NCBI GenBank assembly: GCA_964521255.1 | Contig: CAZFRM010000021.1 | Coordinates: forward strand, 8,772-72,771 | Direction: 5' to 3' | Origin: an uncultured Roseivirgaceae bacterium | GTDB taxonomy: Bacteria > Bacteroidota > Bacteroidia > Cytophagales > Cyclobacteriaceae | DNA length: 64,000 bases | Part shown: one piece after another, positions 59,172-64,000 of the stretch | How the letters are laid out: every line of letters starts with the position of its first letter | Numbering within the stretch: the stretch's first letter is position 1 | Position numbers and translations under genes: made by a program | Notes under the pieces: generated by a model | What the model was told of the DNA's origin: nothing | Databases searched by the model: none | What the model saw: the letters and a program-made list of their open reading frames with translations, nothing else

Positions 59172-60155
59172 TCACTTTAGCGCTTCAACAATTTCAGTCA
59201 GCCGGTTTGTATAACCAAATTCATTATCAAACCATGCACCTATCTTGATGTGATTTCCGATTGCTTTTGTTTGAGTGGAGTCAAATATTGCAGAGTGAGC
59301 ATTGCCGATGATATCAGCAGATACAATCAGGTCATCCGTATAACCAAGAATATTTTTTAGCTCATGTGCAGCAGCTCGCTTATATAATTCATTCAACTCA
59401 ACAGCGCTAATGCTTTCATTGAGAACAATTGAAAAGTCGGCCAATGCTCCGCACAGAACAGGCACGCGGGTAGAGGTAGTTGTTATTCTTCCTTTTATTT
59501 TTGGAAACAAACGCTCGAGTGTTTCCGCCAGGTCAATTTCTACCGGTATGATAGAAGTGCCGGAAGCCCTTCCTCTTCGGAAATTTTTATTTGCACCATC
59601 CATCAATGATTGCCGCGATGTATAAGCGTGCAAAACGTTTATGTGGATAGATTCAATTGAATAGGATTTCATTAGCGGAAGCAAAATCACCGATGAACAA
59701 TTGGTCATGCAACCTCCAGAAGATATTATCGCATGATCTTCTTTTAACAGGTTATCATTAAAACCTTTGATCAGCAATGGTATATTTTCTGAACCGGTAG
59801 TCGACAAGAGTACTTTCCTTGCGCCTGCTTTACAATGTTTCTGCAGGAGAGGAGCGGATGTGAATCTGCCCGTACATTCAACAACCAGGTCTATATTCAA
59901 TTCTTTCCATGGTAACTGTTCCGGATCAGGAATGCTCAGCACTTTCGTTACGCCCACCGATGTTAATAACATTTCATCTTTGAGTGATATTTCTTTGTTG
60001 TATGCGCCAGAGATAGAATCGTATTTTAAAAGATATAACAAGTTATCCGGCGTCATCAGATCATTTACGGCAACTATCTCAATATCATTCCTTTCAGCAA
60101 GAAGCTTGAATAATAGACGTCCGATCCTTCCCATTCCATTTATGGCAACTCTCAT
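59172..60155 (-). CDS. divergent glyceraldehyde-3-phosphate dehydrogenase-family paralog
   Basis: 'MRVAINGMGRIGRLLFK' is the NAD motif. 'SSGGCMTNCSS' retains the catalytic Cys and 'LHAYTSRQSLMDG' retains the His. The usual 'IPTSTGAAKAV' region is replaced by 'IPVEIDLAETL'. The C-terminal 'WFDNEFGYTNRL' is present. Confidence 0.8.
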   Translation of the reverse strand: MRVAINGMGRIGRLLFKLLAERNDIEIVAVNDLMTPDNLLYLLKYDSISGAYNKEISLKDEMLLTSVGVTKVLSIPDPEQLPWKELNIDLVVECTGRFTSAPLLQKHCKAGARKVLLSTTGSENIPLLIKGFNDNLLKEDHAIISSGGCMTNCSSVILLPLMKSYSIESIHINVLHAYTSRQSLMDGANKNFRRGRASGTSIIPVEIDLAETLERLFPKIKGRITTTSTRVPVLCGALADFSIVLNESISAVELNELYKRAAAHELKNILGYTDDLIVSADIIGNAHSAIFDSTQTKAIGNHIKIGAWFDNEFGYTNRLTEIVEALK

Positions 60156-60264
60156 ATGTTTATTTTCGTCACAGGTGTATTACGTGTTGATGATAACTAT
60201 TGTTGTGCTTGTATATTGATCTGCGAAAATCGATTTTTAAGGGAAAGTTCCAATAACCCAGGCC

Positions 60265-61752
60265 ATGAAACTAAGCTTATTATTTTTTATCGCTGTCATT
60301 CCATTCGTTTGCCCTGCGCAGAAAGCAAAAAATGATGCTTCCGTCAATCTTAAAAAGTTACGAGCGAGCTTAAAGCCTGCGGAAGAATACATGCGGCAGC
60401 AGGAAGAAAATCGCTTGAAAGAATTAACGGAGTTCCTGGCTATTCCCAGTATTTCTTCTTTGCCTGAGCATGCCTCTGATGTTGAGAAGGCAGCATCATG
60501 GCTGGAAGCGAAATGCCTTGCCATTGGTTTCACGAGGGCGACCATCATTAAATCAGAAAACAATCCTATCGTATTTGCCGAGTGGAACAAAGCGAAGGGA
60601 AAGCCAACCGTTTTAGTGTATGGTCACTATGATGTGCAGCCTGTCAATGAAAGTGAATGGAGTAGCCCTCCCTTTGTAGCCACAAGAAAAGAAGATAGAA
60701 TTTATGCTCGCGGATCAGCGGATGATAAGGGAGGACTGATGATTGCTGTTTGGGCAGTGGAAGCGATGCTGAAAGCAAATGGCACCTTGCCCGTGAATGT
60801 AAAATTTGTTTTTGAGGGCGGGGAGGAGTCTGGGAGTCCCGGTTTCAAAAAATTCCTGGAAGAAAACAAGGCGATGCTGCAAGCGGACTTTGCCTACAAT
60901 GCAGACGGTGGACAGGCAAGCGTAACCCAACCGGAAATCGGTCTTGGCTTGCGCGGAATGGTTGTACTGCAGTTTGAAGTGAAAACTTCGGACAGAGATG
61001 TGCACTCGGGAGTATATGGCGGAAAAACGCCCAACGCTACCAAAGCAATTGCTGAAATAATAAACTCATTTTACAGTGATGATGGAAAGGTAGCCGTGAA
61101 GGGTTTTTATGATAAGGTTTCTCCCATAACGCCAACGGAAAAAGAAATGATTCAAAACACTCCTTACGATGCGGCTAATGAGATGCAGGCTACCGGTACA
61201 ACCGCAGATGTAGGTGACACCACTTTTGCTCCGTTGGAACGGGTGTGGTTCAGGCCAACGCTTGAAGTGAATGGATTGTGGGGTGGCTACATAGCCAAAG
61301 ATGGTTTTTCAAGTATTATACCCGGAACAGCACATGCACGTATTTCCTGCAGGCTGGTAGAGAAGCAGGATCCGGTTGAAATAATAAACCTCGTTAAGCA
61401 ACATATCGAAGAGCATAGACCTACCGGTACTACCATCACATTTAAGGATTTTCCATACTACGCTGATCCCATTAAATATCCAACGGATACAAAAGCTTTT
61501 TATAGTGCTTATCATGTTCTAAAAGAAGTGTATCAGCAAGAAGTATTGCTGAAAGCCGATGGCGGCAGCATTGGCGCCATGAGCAATTTTAAAGAGGTGC
61601 TTGATCTTTATGTTTACTCTTTTGGTTTTGTGCTTCCCGATGAGAACTTTCATGCGGCAGATGAGTTCATCCGCATGAGTGACATACGAACAGGACAGAC
61701 GGCTTATGCGCTGCTTCTGAAATACATAGGGGAGAAGGGCAATAGCAAATGA
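60265..61752 (+). CDS. M20-family dipeptidase/peptidase (ArgE/DapE/ACY1/CPG2 family), secreted
   Basis: Signal peptide. 'VLVYGHYDVQP', 'ARGSADDKGG' and 'FEGGEESGS' are the metal-ligand motifs. Confidence 0.85.
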   Translation: MKLSLLFFIAVIPFVCPAQKAKNDASVNLKKLRASLKPAEEYMRQQEENRLKELTEFLAIPSISSLPEHASDVEKAASWLEAKCLAIGFTRATIIKSENNPIVFAEWNKAKGKPTVLVYGHYDVQPVNESEWSSPPFVATRKEDRIYARGSADDKGGLMIAVWAVEAMLKANGTLPVNVKFVFEGGEESGSPGFKKFLEENKAMLQADFAYNADGGQASVTQPEIGLGLRGMVVLQFEVKTSDRDVHSGVYGGKTPNATKAIAEIINSFYSDDGKVAVKGFYDKVSPITPTEKEMIQNTPYDAANEMQATGTTADVGDTTFAPLERVWFRPTLEVNGLWGGYIAKDGFSSIIPGTAHARISCRLVEKQDPVEIINLVKQHIEEHRPTGTTITFKDFPYYADPIKYPTDTKAFYSAYHVLKEVYQQEVLLKADGGSIGAMSNFKEVLDLYVYSFGFVLPDENFHAADEFIRMSDIRTGQTAYALLLKYIGEKGNSK

Positions 61753-61837
61753 CACTGATTCCAGCCCGGCATATTTACATGAAAGTGTTGTTTGGGTGTT
61801 TTCTTAAAGTTACTATTACTTTTAAAATGTTATTATA

Positions 61838-63421
61838 ATGAGAGGGTCGATCAACTCTAAGGTGATGCTTACCGTGGCATTATTTTGTTTGCTGATTTTA
61901 AACACTTTAGCTCAATCTCCTCAGGTGAAAATAGAAAATGGAATTATTGAAGGTATTGCTGATTCTCAAGCCGGACTGGAATTGTATTTAGGTGTTCCAT
62001 TTGCAAAACCTCCTGTTGGTGATTTAAGATGGAGAGCGCCTCAACCCCTTGAGAATTGGGTAGGTGTGCGACAAACAAAAGCTTTCGGCCCGAGTGCCAA
62101 ACAAATAAATATATTTGGCGACATGATTTATCGCTCTAATGGAACAAGCGAAGACTGTCTCTACCTAAACGTTTGGACTCCGGCCAAAAAAGTTACGAAA
62201 GGGCTACCTGTTCTTGTCTATTTTTATGGTGGTGGTTTTGTCGCAGGTGATGGATCTGAACCTCGCTATGATGGTGCCAGCACGGCCAGGAGAGGTGTTG
62301 TGGTAGTAACCGTGAATTACAGGTTGAGCATCTTTGGTTTCTTTGCACACCCTGAGCTTAGTAAAGAAGCGCCCTATAAGGCATCTGGCAATTATGGATT
62401 ACTCGATCAGCATGAAGCGCTTAAGTGGGTTCAAAAAAACATTGCCGCTTTTGGAGGTGATCCAAAACGGGTTACCATCGCCGGAGAGTCGGCGGGTTCA
62501 ATTTCAGTAAGTGCACAAATGGCATCACCGTTATCCAGGAACCTTATAGCGGGTGCAATAGGGGAAAGCGGAGCGGGAATTAAACCAACACTTCCACCCA
62601 TTCCATTGGCGGAAGCCGAGCAGAACGGGCTTGAGTTTGCAGAAAAGTCAGGTTATCGAACCCTTGCTCAGCTTCGTGCGCTTAGTACTGATGAGCTATT
62701 TGATGTTTACTCAAAATCAAAACGTTTTGGATTCCCTTTGGTAATTGATAACTATTTCTTTCCCGGAACAATCACAGAAATCTTCAACGAGAAAAAACAG
62801 GCACACGTGCCGCTGCTTGTTGGATGGAACTCCGCTGAAATTGATGGTATGGGATTTATGCAGGGATTACCTTATACAAAAGAGAATTTCGTCAGCAAAG
62901 TGAAAGAGGTGTACCCTGAAGAATATGAAGAAGCGCTAAAAGTCCTTCCGCACAGTACGGTAAAGGAAGTGGAGTGGTCAGCTACCAATCTTGCATCAGA
63001 CCGGTTTATTGCCTATAGCGCCTGGAAGTGGTTCGACCTGCATCGTAAGAACAGCAATCAAAAAGTGTATCGATATTTATACAGTAAACTTCGTCCACCC
63101 AGGGTTGGTGAAGCAGGCACGGTGACCACGGCCATTGGAGCTCCTCATGCCTGTGAAATTGAATATTGTCTCGGCAATCTTGATCTCATCAAAGAATTTG
63201 CCTGGACTAAAGAGGATTACAAGGTCTCTGAAACAATGCAGAATTACTTTGTCAACTTTATAAAAACAGGAGATCCCAATGGAAACAATTTACCGGAATG
63301 GCCCGCCGCAAAACCAACGGATGTCAATCCACCGGTAATGATTTTTGATGTCGAATCAAAAGCAGTGATTAAGGATGATGCACGTTATCAGTTCCTGGAT
63401 AAATCCTATGGAAACAATTGA
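61838..63421 (+). CDS. type B carboxylesterase/lipase
   Basis: 'GVPFAKPPVGDLRWRAP', 'SEDCLYLNVW', 'YGGGF' and the nucleophile elbow 'GESAGS'. Confidence 0.9.
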   Translation: MRGSINSKVMLTVALFCLLILNTLAQSPQVKIENGIIEGIADSQAGLELYLGVPFAKPPVGDLRWRAPQPLENWVGVRQTKAFGPSAKQINIFGDMIYRSNGTSEDCLYLNVWTPAKKVTKGLPVLVYFYGGGFVAGDGSEPRYDGASTARRGVVVVTVNYRLSIFGFFAHPELSKEAPYKASGNYGLLDQHEALKWVQKNIAAFGGDPKRVTIAGESAGSISVSAQMASPLSRNLIAGAIGESGAGIKPTLPPIPLAEAEQNGLEFAEKSGYRTLAQLRALSTDELFDVYSKSKRFGFPLVIDNYFFPGTITEIFNEKKQAHVPLLVGWNSAEIDGMGFMQGLPYTKENFVSKVKEVYPEEYEEALKVLPHSTVKEVEWSATNLASDRFIAYSAWKWFDLHRKNSNQKVYRYLYSKLRPPRVGEAGTVTTAIGAPHACEIEYCLGNLDLIKEFAWTKEDYKVSETMQNYFVNFIKTGDPNGNNLPEWPAAKPTDVNPPVMIFDVESKAVIKDDARYQFLDKSYGNN

Positions 63422-63726
63422 TTGGAGGGTGGGGATGTTAAAACTGACTTTCGGGTGATAGCTATGCAGAAGCCTTCAAGTGTGTTTAACATAATATAAA
63501 TTATATTACTCGCCCCAACCGCTTGCACGGCCCACATCAGCCGCACGGTGCCTGCGACTTGAAAGCTGCTACCATTGTTCCCGGAAAGCCCCGCACAACC
63601 CCACACCGTCCGACAACTGGCGATAACGTTGTGATCGTCAGACAAGATAAAAGCAGTTTTGAATTGTTTCAGCAAGCTGGTCGAGCTTTGATAATGGACG
63701 GAGTTCTGACCAGGCGTTGCTCATGC

Positions 63727-64000
63727 CTAAAAACGAAGCACATCCCTGAATTCATCCAACGAAATGACATTGACTTTTGGAAAGTCTGTTCTTTTTAAAA
63801 CATTAAAATCCTTGTCGTTTGTTACAAGGTAATCTGCATTAACCGATATGGCCAAGTCTGCAAACTTGTTGTCATCGGGATCGGCTTCAATTAACTGCCA
63901 TTTAAAAAATGGCTCAGCAAAGATTACATTAGGAGCAACACTTAGTATTTTTAATACTAAAGTGGCTGTTTTGCCAGAGTACATGTCTGTAATCTTTTCT
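63727..64000 (-). CDS. PIN-family toxin component (C-terminal part; 5' end lies beyond the right edge)
   Basis: 'EADPDDNKFADLAISVNADYLVTNDKDFNVLK' matches the C-terminal acidic motif of PIN (TIGR00305-type) toxins. The frame is open to the window edge. Confidence 0.7.
   Translation of the reverse strand, partial: EKITDMYSGKTATLVLKILSVAPNVIFAEPFFKWQLIEADPDDNKFADLAISVNADYLVTNDKDFNVLKRTDFPKVNVISLDEFRDVLRF

Noticed and set aside
63406-63798. Overlapping ORFs 63406..63675 (-) and 63523..63798 (+) as genes. I also considered cobalamin riboswitch, SRP RNA, RNase P RNA and tmRNA identities for the GC-rich stretch.
   Set aside because: The ORFs overlap on opposite strands in a compositionally odd region and look like GC-driven open frames. 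I could not find the conserved cores of those RNA families as I recall them (B12 box, the GGAAGCAGC region of SRP, GGAAAGUCCGGGC of RNase P, the tmRNA acceptor end). The region is reported only as an unexplained island.

Overview
This window looks like a Bacteroidota chromosome segment. It carries a SusC/SusD pair, T9SS type A and type B sorting domains and a PorP/SprF gene, and it looks moderately AT-rich by eye; Cytophagia-like is a guess. I recognised no rRNA, tRNA or CRISPR array.

(1) 1-31.6 kb is a Wzx/Wzy-dependent exo/capsular polysaccharide locus. It contains a Wzc kinase tail, glycosyltransferases, Wzy, Wzx, a deacetylase, acetyl- and methyltransferases, an initiating sugar transferase, a CDP-hexose cassette and gmd-fcl. 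The locus is visibly mosaic and decaying. It holds three copies of an RfbF-like nucleotidyltransferase gene with only one intact, a collapsed rfbF-rfbC remnant next to an intact cassette, a truncated MBOAT pseudogene and an IS481-like transposase relic. It is interrupted by a T9SS module: a 1175-aa beta-helix/Ig-repeat cargo with a type B C-terminal domain, plus a cognate PorP/SprF protein that carries a C-terminal SPOR-like domain.

(2) 31.6-34 kb encodes a PAS histidine kinase and a REC-cNMP-Crp regulator.

(3) 34.8-57.4 kb is a starch-type polysaccharide utilisation locus: SusC, SusD, a SusE/F-like protein, a GH13 with a T9SS tail, a second GH13 and a GH97. It is bracketed by two beta-propeller/Y_Y_Y sensors. 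One has a LuxR HTH output. The other is a hybrid kinase with two receivers, a separate Hpt-like protein and no DNA-binding domain.

(4) 58-64 kb encodes YceI, HxlR, a divergent GAPDH paralog, an M20 peptidase, a carboxylesterase and a partial PIN toxin.

The observations most worth follow-up are:
- the T9SS type B cargo with its PorP-SPOR pair inside the EPS locus;
- a recurrent AATGA-N6-TCATT palindrome in five EPS-locus intergenic regions;
- three helically phased TGTTTACC repeats upstream of susC;
- a 160-bp nested palindromic element after the GH97 gene;
- two related GC-rich hairpin-rich elements upstream of genes;
- the split sensor architecture around the PUL.

All functional calls rest on motif and family recognition by eye from the translations. 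No database search was run.
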